NCBI RefSeq assembly: GCF_036321535.1
Contig: NC_087437.1
Span: 77,440,001-77,504,000, forward strand
DNA: 64,000 nucleotides
Origin: Camelus dromedarius
Taxonomy: Eukaryota
Direction: 5' to 3'
Positions 25,011 through 39,596 of this stretch are shown here, one piece after another. The first letter of the stretch is position 1; each line of letters begins with the position of its first letter. A model generated the notes under the pieces. The model was not told where the DNA came from. It searched no databases and saw only the letters and a list, made by a program, of their open reading frames with translations. The translations under genes were made by a program, and so were the position numbers.

Positions 25011-28000
25011 CCTGAAGTTCATGTAAATTTGCAAATGGAATAAAATAAAAATGTAAATGAGTTTGACCAGGGATCATTAATTAGATGCCTAATTCTAATT
25101 GAATTATGATATAGTTAGAAGGAAGATCAGCTCAAGATTCATAAGATGCAGGCTCTGGTGTTGGATTAATGATTTTTTAATAGTCCCTTAATCTTTGTAG
25201 TTCTTAGTTGCTTTATCTGAAAATGAATAGATTGGACAGAATCTTTACTAAGATCCCTTAGAGCAAGAATTACATTGCTCCTAAGTTAATTACAGAGAAC
25301 TAGGTCTCTTCTGCCAGACTGCTTGAGGCAGGAAGTATGCTCTAGTCATCTATAATTTCCTGGCACTAAGCTCAGTACCTGGTGTATAGTAGTTATTCAG
25401 ACAATTTCACTGAATAAAGCAATAAATTCTCTGATAGAATTACAATTTCAATGAAGCAAATGAGAAAAAGGTCAGGTAGAGAATAGTAAATTACAAATCT
25501 GTAACATTTAAAAGAATCTCTTAAAGAACAGTACTTTGGAATGTCTGAAAAAAATACCTGAGAGAAATTTTTCATTTATCTATTAAAAAATTTTACCAGT
25601 TGGAGGAAATGAATTTAAAACTGCCTAGACCCCTAACTACAAGTTAATAATTTATCAATCTGTGACATGTTGTACCGAATTTTATGTTGCTGAAATTAAA
25701 AGGCTTGCTGTGGAATGTTAGTGGTGATATTTTTGAAATTTGTGTATATTTGTGATACTATCTTTTAGTTTTAAGAATTGAAAAAAATGTATCTTGTTTC
25801 AACCAGGATTTGTTAAATCATTGAGGTATTTGGGACTTTATCAGCCTTTGGGGGAGAATGAGCTTCTCTGATTATATCCAAGTGTCACAAAAATAAAAAG
25901 AGGGCAAAAAGATTAATTAGCCCTTTTAACTATACTTTTGTAAAGATCTGGCATTATTTAATAAATGAGGTACTCTCTTACCTTTCCAAGAATTTCTTTA
26001 GATCAAAATGATACTCTTATATTCTTACAAAGGTATACGCCTATACCTTTGGGTTATTGATTTGAATACTATTATGTGTACCTTTGGGTTGTTGATGTGA
26101 ATACTATTGATTATGTATAGTTCAGTCATGAAAATAAGGAAGTAATATCATATTTATGTGTAAAAATGAATATAAAGAATTTTAGAATAAGTCAACCAGA
26201 TCATCTACACGTGCACTTGTTAGTTCTGTACTGTATGCTAGACAGGTCTGTTTTGGGCACTGTATACAAAGAGGAAGGAGATAGAATGCCTTGGTTAATG
26301 TGGCAAACAGTTCTCTTAAATTAGGGGCTGATGCTTGATAGTTTGAGCCAAACTTTTCTCCCCACAAAAGATGACAGAATTATTTCTTAAAGAAAGCAAA
26401 TTTAAGAGTACCTTTTCCATTTGTTGTTTCCTTGATTTATTGCGTTTGTGGTTCTTGAAATTATTATCATTCAGCTCTTTCATTTGGCCCAGGCATTTTT
26501 ATGAGTGCCCCTAAATGAATGCCTGTTTTGTAGAACCTGAAGTTTGGAGTGGTCCTTTCAAAGAACAAAAGTGCAGATCCAAAATTGGGTATGAAAGTGA
26601 TTTTTTTGAGAGCTATAAAAAAGTCACAGCAAGTTATAAATTTTAAAAAATGGATAAGTCCACAGAGAAATAATCAGAGAAATAATCTAGTCTCTGTACA
26701 CTTTATACCTTGATTCTCTTCCCCTGCCCACATACACCTCCAGTCCTGGGGACCACGGGACCCAATCAGATTGCCAAGTTTGAACAGGACCTTCCTGCTC
26801 TGATGCTGGTGTAGTTAGCACTGCGGACACTTGAAATATTCCTGAAGCCATTCTTTCATCACAGCTGCTGACAGTAATGTAATTAGTTCTAGGAGTGACC
26901 TTGCACCTCACTTAAATCTTCCACTAAAGCCAAACTAAGGATATCTTCAACTCAAACTCCCATTAGCCAGATTCCAAAAGTGTCCCTGGCTACTTCAGTG
27001 CCACCCTACAGCAGGCTAAGTTTGACAGAAGGAAAGTCACTCTTGAAAAAAGGGCAGAAATCTTAACCAGTTGTGTTGAAAATATCTTACTCTTGAAAAC
27101 TCACACACAAAAAAACTTACGACGAAAGCTTTAGCAGAGGGGCTAGCTTCTCAGTAGATCTGCCTTTATGTGTACATTTTGCCTTTTTTTTAAGAGTGCA
27201 CACTGTACATACACTGTGTACACACTTGTGCAATTCCCAGTTATTTCATAGAAAAAAATTGTTTAATTGGATGATTCTTTATGCTCTAGTTTGAAGGGTA
27301 ACTTGGTTCTGACGAAGTCACACGAACTTGTAGAGGTGAATGCAGTGGCAGTATCACTACGTCTTCTTGCTGGCAGAGGGTGTTTTCAGTTCTGCAGGCA
27401 GCCCTGAACGCCCCAGTGCCCGGGCCGCACCTGATGGAATGACTGAGCCGTCACGTAGCATGTGTTGTCAGGCCTGGGTTACAATGTGAAGAGGTGGAAA
27501 AGACTCGTTGTGACCTCACCCCCATTGGCTACTTAAGGATTCAGTTATTAAAATTGCTCCTCTTTGTTTTAGTCTCCCAGGGTTCAGGAACAGTACACCA
27601 AAAAACAAGTTAAAATCCCTGAAAGAGCTATAGCTGGAAAATGGTATCTGAATGTGAGGTGTTAAGCTGGGCCGGCAGACGAGGCCCATTCCCTCATTTT
27701 TGTTTTAAACAGAGACTGTTAGTGGTTGACAGAAATTTCCACACTGAAGTTCTGTTAAGCTGCGAACACTGGGATGCTGGAGACAAGAGAATGAAAACTT
27801 TCAGGGTTGAAAGTAAAGGTCCAACAGAGGAAAAACATATGGGAGGAGAAGAAAACAATTTAATTGTGTTAAAACAGATGAGAATGTAGATTCTTTGTAG
27901 ATAGGTAATAGTAACTTTAAGATCAAAATTTATATGATGGAAAACAAGGAAGTAGTACATTGTTTGATAAGTTTCTCAGTTTTTCTGTAAAACAAAGTGT

Positions 28001-28054
28001 TGCAGTTCATATGAAAATGTTTCATTTTTTGTCTTTTTTTTTTTTTTTTTTTAG

Positions 28055-28305
28055 GTCAGACTGTGCCAAAATCCCAAACTTCAGTTGAAGAATAGCCCAC
28101 CATACATACTTGATATTTTACCTGATACATATCAGCATTTGAGACTTATATTGAGTAAATATGATGACAACCAGAAACTTGCCCAGCTCAGTGAGAATGA
28201 ATATTTTAAAATCTACATTGACAGTCTAATGAAGAAGTCAAAAAGGGCAATAAGACTCTTTAAAGAAGGCAAGGAGAGGATGTATGAAGAGCAGTCGCAG
28301 GACAG
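28055..28305 (+). CDS. CBLB: CBL-B exon 3 (251 nt), four-helix bundle of the TKB domain, aa 57-140
   Basis: Poly-T tract + ag|GTC. Translates [83 protein letters not shown](R), in frame with exon 2. Donor AG|gtaaga, phase 2. Confidence 0.98.
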
Positions 28306-28504
28306 GTAAGAATATTTCAGATTCCATTTTTCTCAGTGTTAGGGTTGCTTATGCTGCTTTTTGTTTCACAGTTAGAATAGTGTCATCATGTACTTGTTTT
28401 GAGAGAAGTATCCTTGCGTTTGTGTATTCGCTTTTCACATTGTTTAAACATTGTAGTTTTACGCAAATTTATTTGTGTTAATAGCTAATTCATGAGACAG
28501 TGGT

Positions 28505-29350
28505 CTTATTTTTTTGGAGCAGTTTGATTTTGCAGAAAAATGACTCAAAGTAAAGTTCCCATGTACTCCCTCCCCCATATGCGTTTTTCCTGTTACTAAC
28601 ATCTTGCGTAGTGTGGTACATTTATTTGTCACAGTGATGAACCAGTATTGATGCAGTATTATTAACTAAAGTTCATAGTTTATATTAAGTTTCATGCTTT
28701 GTATTGCACAGTTTGATGAGTTTTGAAAAATGTATAATAATGTCCTGTACTTCCCATTACTGTATCACATAGAGTAGTTTCACTGCGCTAAAGATGCCCT
28801 GTGCTGCCCCTGTTCATTTCCTCCTCGCCCTCCTGCCTCCCCTGTACACCTTCGGAACCCCTGGCAAAGGCTCATCTTTTTACTATCTCTCTAGTTTTGC
28901 TTTCTTCAGAATGTCATGTAGTTAAAACCATATAATATGTAACATTTTCAGATTGGCTTCTTTAACTTAACAGTATGCATTTAAGGTCATTCCATGTCCT
29001 TTCATAGCTTGATAGCTGATTTCTTTTTATTGCTGTATAATTCTCCATGACATGGGTGTAGCACAGTTAGTTTATCCATTCACCTATTGAAGGACATCTT
29101 GGGTTGCTTCCAATTTTTGGCAGCTATGTATAAAGCTGCTATAAATATTCGTATGCAGGATTTTGTGTGGACATAAGCTTTCAGCTCATTTGAGCAAATA
29201 CCTAAGAGCATGATTGCTTGGTATTAGGGTAAGCCTTCATTTAGCTTTGTAAGAAACTCCCGAACTGTCTTCCAGAGTGACTGTGCCATTTTGCATTCCC
29301 GCCAGCAGTAAATGAGAGTTCCTGTTGCTCCACATCTACCAGCATTTGGT
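28505..29350 (-). mobile_element. L1MC/L1MB-like 3' fragment (~850 bp)
   Basis: tttatccattcacctattgaaggacatcttgggttgcttccaatttttggc, ccattttgcattcccgccagcagtaaatgagagttcctgttgctccacat. Confidence 0.85.
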
Positions 29351-32300
29351 ATTGGACAGCATCTTCAAGACACAGTCTTGACTGGACGTGTGGTGTGGCA
29401 GGTGTGGGTGAAAGATGTAACTTCAATTCCTGTGCTTTGACTATTAAGTACTGGACTGGCGTGGCGATGACTGAAGTGATATCAACTGAATCCACATTTT
29501 AAAGCGAGGATTCTTGACTTCATTAAAGTCTATTTGGCTATTTCAATGTTAAATTTTATGATCTATCTTAAACTTAAATAAAGAAGATAATAGAGTTTTC
29601 CACTTCTGGGATATTTTAATTATATCTGAAATATTCACTGATAGTGATAGTCTATTGAAATTTCCAGATTGGAAAACAAATATTAATTAAAATATATAAT
29701 GTCTTAACATAGTTGAGTTGAATTTTAGTTTAAGACACTTAACCTCTCTAGATTTTAGTTTCCTTAGATATGGGAAAACGTCTTAAGAAATCTCTAATGT
29801 TTCTTTCAAGTCAGAAAAACTAGCCTTATTTAGTCTAATGAAACATAGGATTATATGACAGAAAATTCAGTTACCTAGGGGTGTAGACTCTGAAGTTGTC
29901 TGTAAATACCAGCCAAACAAATACCCAGAGTGAGTAAAACCATCAAATTCAAACATAGAAAAACTCTCTGCCAAATGTAAAATGACATAAATGTTTACTT
30001 ATTTATAATTTACTCTCTAAATTAGTGATGAATCCTAACGTACTCGTAGGAGTCTAGCCAATAGTGTAACTAGGCTCATCACATAATATTCCTGGACCAC
30101 AGTTTATACATCTTGTGGGTGGCGAATCTTCTAGTTAGTCGCCTTTTAGCTTCAAAGCTCTAAGATTCTCTCCAGGACTATTAATGGGCATTTGAATTGC
30201 CAGCGGGTGCCAGAAGTAAGGAAGAGAAATATGATTGTTTGCTCTTGTAGACTTTTCAAGAAGGGTCAAGGTTGTGGGAAGCCAAATGTTTATATTTAAA
30301 TCTGTATTTTTACTTTGTAGTTTTACCAGTGATCTAATAAAACTCAGTTGATTTAGAAATTATCTTTGCACTTCTTCAAACTTGGTAGCCCTGAAATTTT
30401 TCTTGATCCAGCAACGTAATCCACTAAATTTTACTTTTTAGGGAATCAGGGCAGTGAGAAGGTGCTTAACTTCTAGGACTAGGAATTTGAGTGAATACAG
30501 TGTTTTAACTGGATGTAGTAATACATGATGTGGTAAACTTGTACCCAACTTTTACGTCTTTTTTTTATAAACTTGAAACATTTTCTAACTCAGCAGATGT
30601 CTTATAACTACCACTTCATTTATAAATTGATTTTTTTTTTTTTGGCTTTTTATGTGGGGATTTACCAGGGGGAAATTTTATAAACATTGGTTGATCGTGT
30701 GTTGAGTCCCATAGGTGACGGTAGATTGCATAGTGCTAACTGAGTGCGTTGAGGCAACTTTGTAAATTCTGTGTTTTAAGCATCCAAGTAAATTTTGTCA
30801 CTGTCTTAAATTCAACCCTAAGACAAAGTTTATTGAATCCTGTGCTGGTGTAGCATGTTCCTAATTAGATTTTTCTGTCATCATGTTCCATTTTCTGACA
30901 GTGTTCAGTGGCCACTGTGTTTATGCAAAACTTACACTTAATAAGTGTCTGACCATAATTCATAATAATGTGCCATTCTTACTATACCAGAAGAAGACAT
31001 AGATTTTTGATTTGTGTCTCTTTTCGTAGTAATATACTTTTAAGGGTTCACTTCTGTGTTCCCTTAGTACTCCAGATGCAAACTGAGACTAAAACATGCT
31101 GTTGTACAGGGAGCTTGGAGGCATTTTGTTCTATAGAATATGAAAGAAGCTTCTTAGAACATTCTCATGGTTGTTAGGCAATAGAGTGTTCTTTCTACTT
31201 AGTAGAATGACTCTAATGTGTATGACACACTGATTATTGGGATTAATAAAAATTCTCTGAACAATCCTTTTTTAAAATTCTATAAATAATGTCACTAGGG
31301 ACATTAGTATTTTTAAGCTAAAAATGAAGGACAGTAATAGTAGAAATAGTAATTTGGAATTCATTAACTAAACCAGTACATCCTTGAGTGATTTGTATTT
31401 TATTGAAGAAAATTTTGCTGGACGAATGAATGAATCAAAATGTTTGTTTTAATGTTCCTGTTGTATGGAAAGTAAACTTCTTTGTGGGTGTGTTTGAAAC
31501 GTAAGGGCAAATGGGAAAAAAAAATCAGGCATCAATTTGAACTAGCTGTGTTTTAATTGATTGCTAAAATGAGTAGCCTAAATTTTTAAAGCAATTTCAT
31601 GTAAATGTGATAAATATGATAACAAATAGAAAAATAAATAGGTATAGCAAATGGCACATAAGGTATTCCCTGCATAGAGGGTGAGAGGTAGAAATTATAG
31701 TTAGATGAATTTATTTGCTACTGAAATAGATATTAAGGGCACACTGTTCAAGCCTCTTGCTTTGAGAATAGGTTGAACAATGATCTCTGGTAGAGGCGGG
31801 CTGCATGACCTGCTTGACTTTTACAGTGAACCTCTTCATTCTCTAGTATTGCTTTTTCCAAGCCCCCCATCTCTCTCCCAAACAGTTGAAGCTCACTGCG
31901 TTGGTGCTTGTCCAGTGTTTAAACCATTCTGAGCTGTTAATTTTTGGAAAGAGTAACTCAGTGATTTCTAGCGCACATAATGGTTTCGAGTGCATGCATG
32001 GAGTAGGGGTGAGGAATCATGTAGAGAAGGGACAATTTATAGTTTCAAGCACAGAGAGGAGGAGAAACTTTATAATATAACTGCTTAAAGTTTAAGGGCA
32101 AAAGTCAAAATGGTGTGAAGGTAGTTGCAGCTGACAAGTGTGAAAATGACAGGAGATTCTTTTCTTCAGCGATGTGACTGGCAGTTTCATCAGTTGACCA
32201 TTTTAATAGAAAAATTTACTCTTTCATGTAAAAAGTTATGTATTAATCACCTGCTCTGCAGCATCTTGTGTCGGACACTGTGTTTTTGTAGAACACCCGG

Positions 32301-35300
32301 AGGTGATAGCCTCACGATAATCAGATTTTCCGTATTTTAGAACTGCTTCAGTGAACCAGAGTGCTACAACCCATTTTTCCTTCCCACACTCTGGTTTTCA
32401 GCCACTGAAACAAAACCAAAAGTCAACTGAGGTGGAAACATAGCTCTGTGTTCGATAACCTATCTGTGAAGAAAATAAAAGCTTTTAAAAAATTCATGCC
32501 AAAGAGTAATACATAGATGTTGTCTTACTGTTAATATCATTTGAAAGCCCCTGGACCATTTGTTATGCACATGTGTTGTAGGAAACAAATCATGGTTTGC
32601 ATAGCTTGTGTAATAATACTCATTCCAAGTAAGATTTTTAAAAAAGTATTTTAACATTAGAAAATTAGTCCCAGAAGGTGCTGGCCTTTATTTAAAATCT
32701 TCAGGAACATCAGGCAAAGTATCTTTTTCTCTATTGACCATTTGGTTGGAAAAATTAAAATACATAACTAGCTATGTTAATAAAGTGTCTTTCCGCCTAA
32801 AGGACTACAAATCACTGTGCTTGCTCTGTACGCCTGTGTTGTAATTCACAAGGTAGTGTACTAAGAGCATTTTGGAACTGACGCACTGAAGATAAGTGGT
32901 CAAGTTAAAAGTTGAATCAAAACAACGTCAGTTATAACAATAATAGCAATAAGAGCAACAACAAAACACAAAGCTGCACACAAACCTGCTTGCTTTCCTC
33001 ATTCCACTGTATGACAACATTGCTTTGGCCAAAGAATAATGGGGTCTTAATTGAAATGTTTAAATTGGTACAAACCAAATACATGTTGATTGCATGGTCT
33101 TTGAAGCAGGTTTGAAATTCCTCATGGGTGTTCAGTTTAACCCTACAAAGGGAGTAACCTGTTTGCACAATGTGGGCTCCATGTAATAGTTCTACTTATT
33201 ACTGGACCTCACGGTGAATAGCCTTGTTTATGATCCCACATGAAGTTCCACATCTTCTTCTAGGCAGCCCTGAACATTGTGAGCAGGACACAGGGACAGA
33301 GTGCTGTGGAACTGAGTGCAGGAGTCTGGTGGTCTGATGCTCTTTCTACTCCAAGTGTTCTTTGTAACCTTGGTTGCTTTCCTGACTCCAGTTTGTGTTT
33401 TCAGTCTTTAAATTACTTTCTGGATATTCACAGTATTTGCCGGCTCAGACATTTCAGCATCAGAAAATGAAGATGTAGTTTGTTTCAGACTAAATGTTAC
33501 TGTTGTTCCATCAGTCTAGTAAATAATTTTTCAAATCCAGTAGTAGTTTCTAGTAAAAACACTGTTTTTGTTATTAAAGTAATCATTTGCTGGAGAATTA
33601 ATCTTAAGGAAGTTATGTCTTTTATAAATGTTTTGCATAGTCCTGAATGTATTCCATTTGTTTTTGAAATATTGTTTAATGATGCATGAGAGGGAATGGT
33701 TTATACTCTCTGAAAAACAATTTTATATTTTAAAAATTAGCCTAATTTTTTCTGTTTCTCTTTTTATTTAACTAATGGTGAAAGTTGCAGTTCTTTCGCA
33801 TTTCATGAGGACAAGGGACAAGTTGCAAGTAGAGAAGTATGATTTCTAAATAAATCAAAATAGGTCACTGATAGATTTTTGAACACAAGTATTTTAATAT
33901 AAACACAGTTGCTACTTAATTGTTTCTATATTTATCTGCATTCTAGGCATTTTTCCTTTTCCATGGAAGAACAAAGGAAGTAAAAGATTAATTTTTGATA
34001 TTTTTAAATGATAATATGTAATTTGGATTCAGAGGACAAACAATAATCAATCCTTTTAAATGGAAATGTGTCTGCCAAGTAGGAAATGGAATTTTCTCTA
34101 GAAAAAGTGAACATCTTCCTGAGATTAACTTATAAATGAATTAAAAACTTCATTTAGTCTTGATAAGAATGCTTTCATTCATATTTCAAGAATCAGGGAG
34201 ATGTGAATATACTTTTCTAAAGTTTGGAAATGAAGGGGCTTATTTCTTTATGAAAGTGGAGGCCACAAGAAAGTTATTGAGACAACTGCTTTCAAAGTTA
34301 AACAAAGGGAGTCTGTTAGAGTGGGCAGGTGAGAGCTTGCAGAATCTTTCGCTGTTAAGGACTTTATGGCTAACTACATCCATGCGGCTTGGCTTTGCTA
34401 ACTGAATGCAGAATAATTTACTTGTTGATTTTCATGTAAGTGAAAAGTGAAAGGGGTTTCTCCAGCAATTTTGTCTTTGGGATATATTTTCAAAATACAA
34501 AAGAAAACAAATTATTCTGATATTCAGGTATTCAAATTTAAAACTAAATCCACTGTCCACTGGTTTTAAATTTTAAGTCAAATATTTACATTTAATCCAT
34601 TTACTTACTGTTTATTTTATTTACTTTTTTTTCCAGCCCTGTGTTAATACCAGTCTCTTACACCTGGTTTATTAGCTATTACAAATTTTATTGCAATTTA
34701 TTTAAATTCCTTCCAAGTCAAAATATATATATTATGCACACATGATATTTTGATATTTAAATTGGAGAATTTTTTTCCCCTGCAGTTGAGAGTTGATTAA
34801 ACGTTTATAAATTTCTGAGTGATAACCACTGTATCATAAGACAGTAAGCCAACTCACAGGACTCAAGTGAACTTGACTTTATGCTTGAATACCTTTTCTG
34901 TTTTTCAGTCTTAAGACAGCTTATTAAAATTGATGTTTTTCCTTTCAGTAAATATCTGGTGACATTCAAATTTGATAATTAAAATCCAGAAGCACTCAAG
35001 AAAGAGTGCCTGTTTTTAGTTTCATAATAACAATACTCCCACAAAGAAGGTTGATGAATGATGTCTTTCAAGTGGCAGATTTGTTATTTAGTTAAAGAGA
35101 GCTTCATTGGCAGTTTTTTATAAAACTAAACTGAAGTCTATTTATAAAACAGACAAGCTGCACTGATAATTCTATAGCCTGAGGAATACTTGGAAATCTA
35201 GCCCAAGAAGCATCTTTTTTTTTTTTCAGTGACTTAACATAGAAGTAGAGTTGCTGGGAATCGAGACAGATTAGCATCCAGCACTAACGGGGTAGGTAGG

Positions 35301-35610
35301 TCATAAGATAGTACTCATGTCTGATTGTTTTGAAATAAAATGCTTCAGGAATATTCCATTTTCTAAACCCATTTTTAATATTAATCTTTTGTCTTTAAGC
35401 TCATTATTGTTAGAGCATGAGTTCTTGTTGGAGTTTGTATTTATACGTCAATTGTTTATAGATGTGTTAATTATAACAGGATATACATGTAAGGTCATTA
35501 TAGAAAGTACCCATTTATAGATTTAAATAGTAAGGAGAGAGGCTGCCTGTCTTATTTGGTAGAAGCACTGAGGGACAGATTAAACTGAAAGATAATTTAG
35601 ATTTATTACT

Positions 35611-35976
35611 TTTTTTTAATTGAGGTATAGTCAATTTACAATGCTGTGTTAATTTCTAGTGTACTGCACAGTGAATCAGTTATAAATACATATATTCCTT
35701 CTCAAATTCTTTGTCATTATAGGCCATTACAAGGTATTGAATATAGTTCCCTACGCTATACAGTAGGACCTTGTTGTTTATCTATTTTATGTATAGATAG
35801 TATCCAAAAATCCCAAACTCCCAATTTATCCTTGCCTACCCTCTTCCCCCACCCCATAACCATAAGTTTGTTTCCTGTGTTTTTGAGTCTGTTTCTGTAA
35901 ATAGCATATGATATCACTTATAATAATCTGAAAAAAAGTACACAAAAAAGGATTTATTTACGTAACAGAGACAGAC
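35611..35976 (-). mobile_element. 5'-truncated, 5'-inverted L1 with perfect 14-bp TSD
   Basis: TSD ttagatttattact at 35597-35610 and 35977-35990. Poly-T, then an antisense 3' segment to ~35900, then a segment in the opposite orientation. Confidence 0.85.
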
Positions 35977-36053
35977 TTAGATTTATTACTGGAATGTATC
36001 ATTTTGAGCATCTGATCATGTGATGTAATCACATGTAACCGTAGATGTGTGAC

Positions 36054-36501
36054 TGCATTAGTTTCCTAGGACGTCCATAATAAATCACCACCATGAATGG
36101 CTTAAACAACAGTTTGTGTTGTCTTCAGTTGATTCCCTCACACTTCTGGAGCCCAGAAGTCTGAGATCAAGGTGTCAGCAGGGCCAGGCTCCCTCCATCC
36201 CTCTAGGGCAGGGTGCTTTCTGGACTCTTGCAGCTTCTGGTTGCCCCAGGCATTCCTTGGTCTGTGGCAGCAGAACTTCAGTCTCTGCCTCTGTCATCAT
36301 GTGGTGTTCTCCTCTGTGTGTGTGTGTCCAGATTTCCCTCTTAGCAGAAGAGCACCAATCACACTGGATCAGGGCCTAGCCTAATGACCCTGTCTTACCT
36401 TTGTTACTTCTACCCTGTTTCCAGATAAGTTCACGTTTACGAATAGGGCCGAGGTTAGGATTTCAACATATCCTTTTAGGGGTCACAGTTCACCCGTAAT
36501 A
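36054..36501 (-). mobile_element. MLT1 (MLT1B/C-like) solo MaLR LTR
   Basis: tgcattagtttcctagg...ttctggagcccagaagtctgagatcaaggtgtcagcaggg...ttaggatttcaacatat. 5-bp TSD gtgac at 36049-36053 and 36502-36506. Confidence 0.88.
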
Positions 36502-37237
36502 GTGACCAAATAGGGCAGTGTAAAATTTATACTAAGGAGGGGGAGGAAAATTGGAAGTCAGAGTGTGTGTCATGAAAGTGTGAAAAACATTGCTTAGTAC
36601 AAGATAATGCCAAACAAATTACTTAAAATTATTTTTTAGGGGTCTGTAGCTCAATTTTTGTAGTTTTTTTTTTCAGGTTTATAACAACACAGTGAATGAA
36701 TTTATTGATTTTTTTAATGCAGATATTGAAAACCACGGTGTCAACTTTCATGAATAGTAAAATTTTCATATAAATTGAAATAAATGAATTTACAAGCACC
36801 TTGTTTTTAACATCCTTACTGATTTCAGTGTATAAAATGCTATCTCTTTAGAAATTATTAATGCTATGAATATGTATTTTAAATTTAAAGTTATAACATT
36901 AATACCTGTGATTATACCTTGATTGAGAATCCCTGCTTTATTCTTTTATTTTGTGATAAACTCTGGAGGATTAATTAAACTAGTTAATTATGACACATCA
37001 TCATTAAGCCTGTCTACGAAGTTTTCAGTACTGCAGATTTTAAATAAGAGGTGGGAGGTGTTTTCCATGTTGGTGGCATAGATCAGGCTACACTTCACAT
37101 CTACTTTGTGTCTTTAGTATTATGATATAAAGTATTAGAAGTTTGATTTCAAATTAAGATTTTAGAGAATCAATACAAAGATTTTAGAAAAACAAGAGTA
37201 AATTAATTCTAAAAATGGCTTCCTGAGTGGCTTAAAC

Positions 37238-37450
37238 CAGGGGTCAGCAAACTGTACAGAGCTAGATAGTAAATATTTTAGACTTTGCCAGATGGTCTCT
37301 GGCAACTACTCAACTCTGCCATTGTCGCAGGAAAGCAGACATAGACAATATGTAAATGGACTGGAATGGCTGTGTTCTGATAAAACTTTATTTGGAAAAA
37401 TACTGTGGTAGACTACATTTGGCCCATGGGCTGCAGTTTGCCAACTCATG
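37238..37450 (+). mobile_element. MER58A-like hAT-Charlie element
   Basis: caggggtcagcaaact...agtttgccaactcatg. 8-bp TSD gcttaaac / gcttaaag. Confidence 0.85.
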
Positions 37451-39135
37451 GCTTAAAGTATTGATCTAAATTTTGCACAGTGAAATCTTCAAAGTGTTTT
37501 ATCAACATAGGCTGAGTATATAAGTTACACCAATTAGTACTGTGTTTGGAGAAAAGTGAGAATACCCTTCCAAGAGCAGTTTGCGCACATGGGGATGGAT
37601 ACTCCTCAGCATTGCTGTCAGATGCCCGAGCTCTTTCTGGCTCTGTAATCTCCTTCCTGAGCGTTGGGTTTGTCCTCATCCTAGTCACCTCGTGGTTGTG
37701 GGATTCCCGCTGCAGCTCCATATTTTTTTAAGGCTGCAAGACTCAGGAAAGAAGGGCAGCGCCACATACATACGCCTGTCCTCTCTCTATTGTTGATGAA
37801 AAAGCTGCCCCGAACCTTTCCACCAACTTGCTCCCTCCAACAGGTTTCTCTTGGTTCTGTTTAGGCTGAAAAATGGGATATCTAGATAGTAGTGAGAACA
37901 TTGTGGTGTAAATTTTTTCTTGTTGGTTTTCTAGGGGGGAGAAGTATTTAAAATTAAAAGAAGGAACAAATTTACGAAGACAGCTTCATCTCAAATTCGT
38001 TATCCTTTGAAAGAAAACAATTCTGTTTTCTTCTTTCATTGAGTAATACCTCATACTCTTTTAAACTTTGACAACTGGAAACTTATGTTCAGACCCAAGT
38101 AATTGAAGGCAAATCATTAGTTTCAACAGGAAAGAAAGGTGGAAATTATGTTTTATAAGACTTGTATTATTATCTTTGTTATCAAACATACCTCAAAGGT
38201 GAGTGATAAGTTTTCCAGTTCCACTTTCTTTCTTGAGAAGTTCAGTGGAATGGAGATTACGTGACTTGACAGGAATTGAATATGTTCACGTGTGATGTAT
38301 TTGTAAATGATGCCGCGTTACCAGTTGGCGTGTGGGAGCCTGTAGCTGTTAGCATCCTAAGGGTATCAGGGTTGTAAACCTTTTTTCAACTTTATTTCAG
38401 GAAGACTCGTTTGAACAACTAGCACTTTTTATACTTGTAAAAATGAGGTGTTTTCTCATCTTCATTCAGCCAGTATTGATATTATATGTCAAATAGTCAG
38501 GAAAAGGAACTTTTTTTTTTGCAAGACCTTTTATATTAGTTAAATTCCCGACTGTTAATTTAAAACTTCACATAGGAAGCTTGCCTTTTCTTTGTATTTA
38601 TCACTGTGAGTGTGTATGTGTGGGACATGTTGCCTGTGACTTTTTAAACTTTTAGCTTCTCGAGATGAGCAAAGTTTTTTCCACTGAGGAAATAGGAACA
38701 TTTACCTGAATATTTTTTTTCTGACATATGTTAATGAGAATAAAATGTTAACTCATTTTGCAGATACTGCAAACATTTCAGTTTTTATTTTAAAGGTTTT
38801 TTGGTGGGGTATATTGATTTTCTATGATTGTAACACGACATGTGGAACTGTCCAGTTCATTCTTTTCCAGAAAATTTTAGAAAACTTGAATTTGACTAAA
38901 GATCTCTATTCTGGTCAGCCAGCTCTCAATTATCTGCTTAAAGTAGGTTTGCATGAATTCAAGTCCTAAGAAACAGCAAAATCTCCTTACCAATTTTTCT
39001 GTGATTTTCTTTCCCTTGTATAATTCTAATTTTAGTCTGTTCTCCCGCCAGTTGGATATGTAAAAATTTTGTCTTTATAAAGCAATTGAAGTCTTGAAGT
39101 TGGTAATTTGTCATAATGCTTTTTTTCTACCTTAT

Positions 39136-39333
39136 CAGTATTTGGTAAACTACAGCCTGTGGGCCAGATCCAGTCTGTGCTTCTTTCTGTAAAGAAAACT
39201 TGAGTGGCACGTGGACATAGCCATTTTGTGGCTACAGTGACAGACATGAATAGTTGCCACAGAGACTGTACAGCCCACAACACTGAAAATATTTACTATC
39301 TGAGCCTTTATCGAAAAAGTTTACTGACCCCTG
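39136..39333 (-). mobile_element. MER58A-like element, opposite orientation to the 37238 copy
   Basis: aaaatatttactatctg...aagtttactgacccctg is the reverse complement of the 37238 copy's 5' end. Confidence 0.8.
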
Positions 39334-39563
39334 CGCTGTTGACCTAAGCATTTTCAACTTAAACATTTGTCTTCCTCTTGATTTTCTGTTCTGTTTCTGC
39401 TAGTGATACTTTATGAATTGCTGATCATTGTGATCTTCTAAGGACAATAACATGTTCATGGCAGGTGACTGAGAGCTAAAGCTTTATTAGACCCCCATTT
39501 TCTATCTAACGTCAGTATTCTGATGCATATCATTGTAAAGTGAGATAAATTTAAACTTTTTTG

Positions 39564-39565
39564 TA

Positions 39566-39596
<31 letters not shown>
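39564..39596. repeat. (TA)n followed by poly-T
   Basis: Read directly from sequence. Confidence 0.9.

Noticed and set aside
34533..34574. 11-bp inverted repeat aaatttaaaac / gttttaaattt
   Set aside because: Low-complexity AT sequence, expected by chance.
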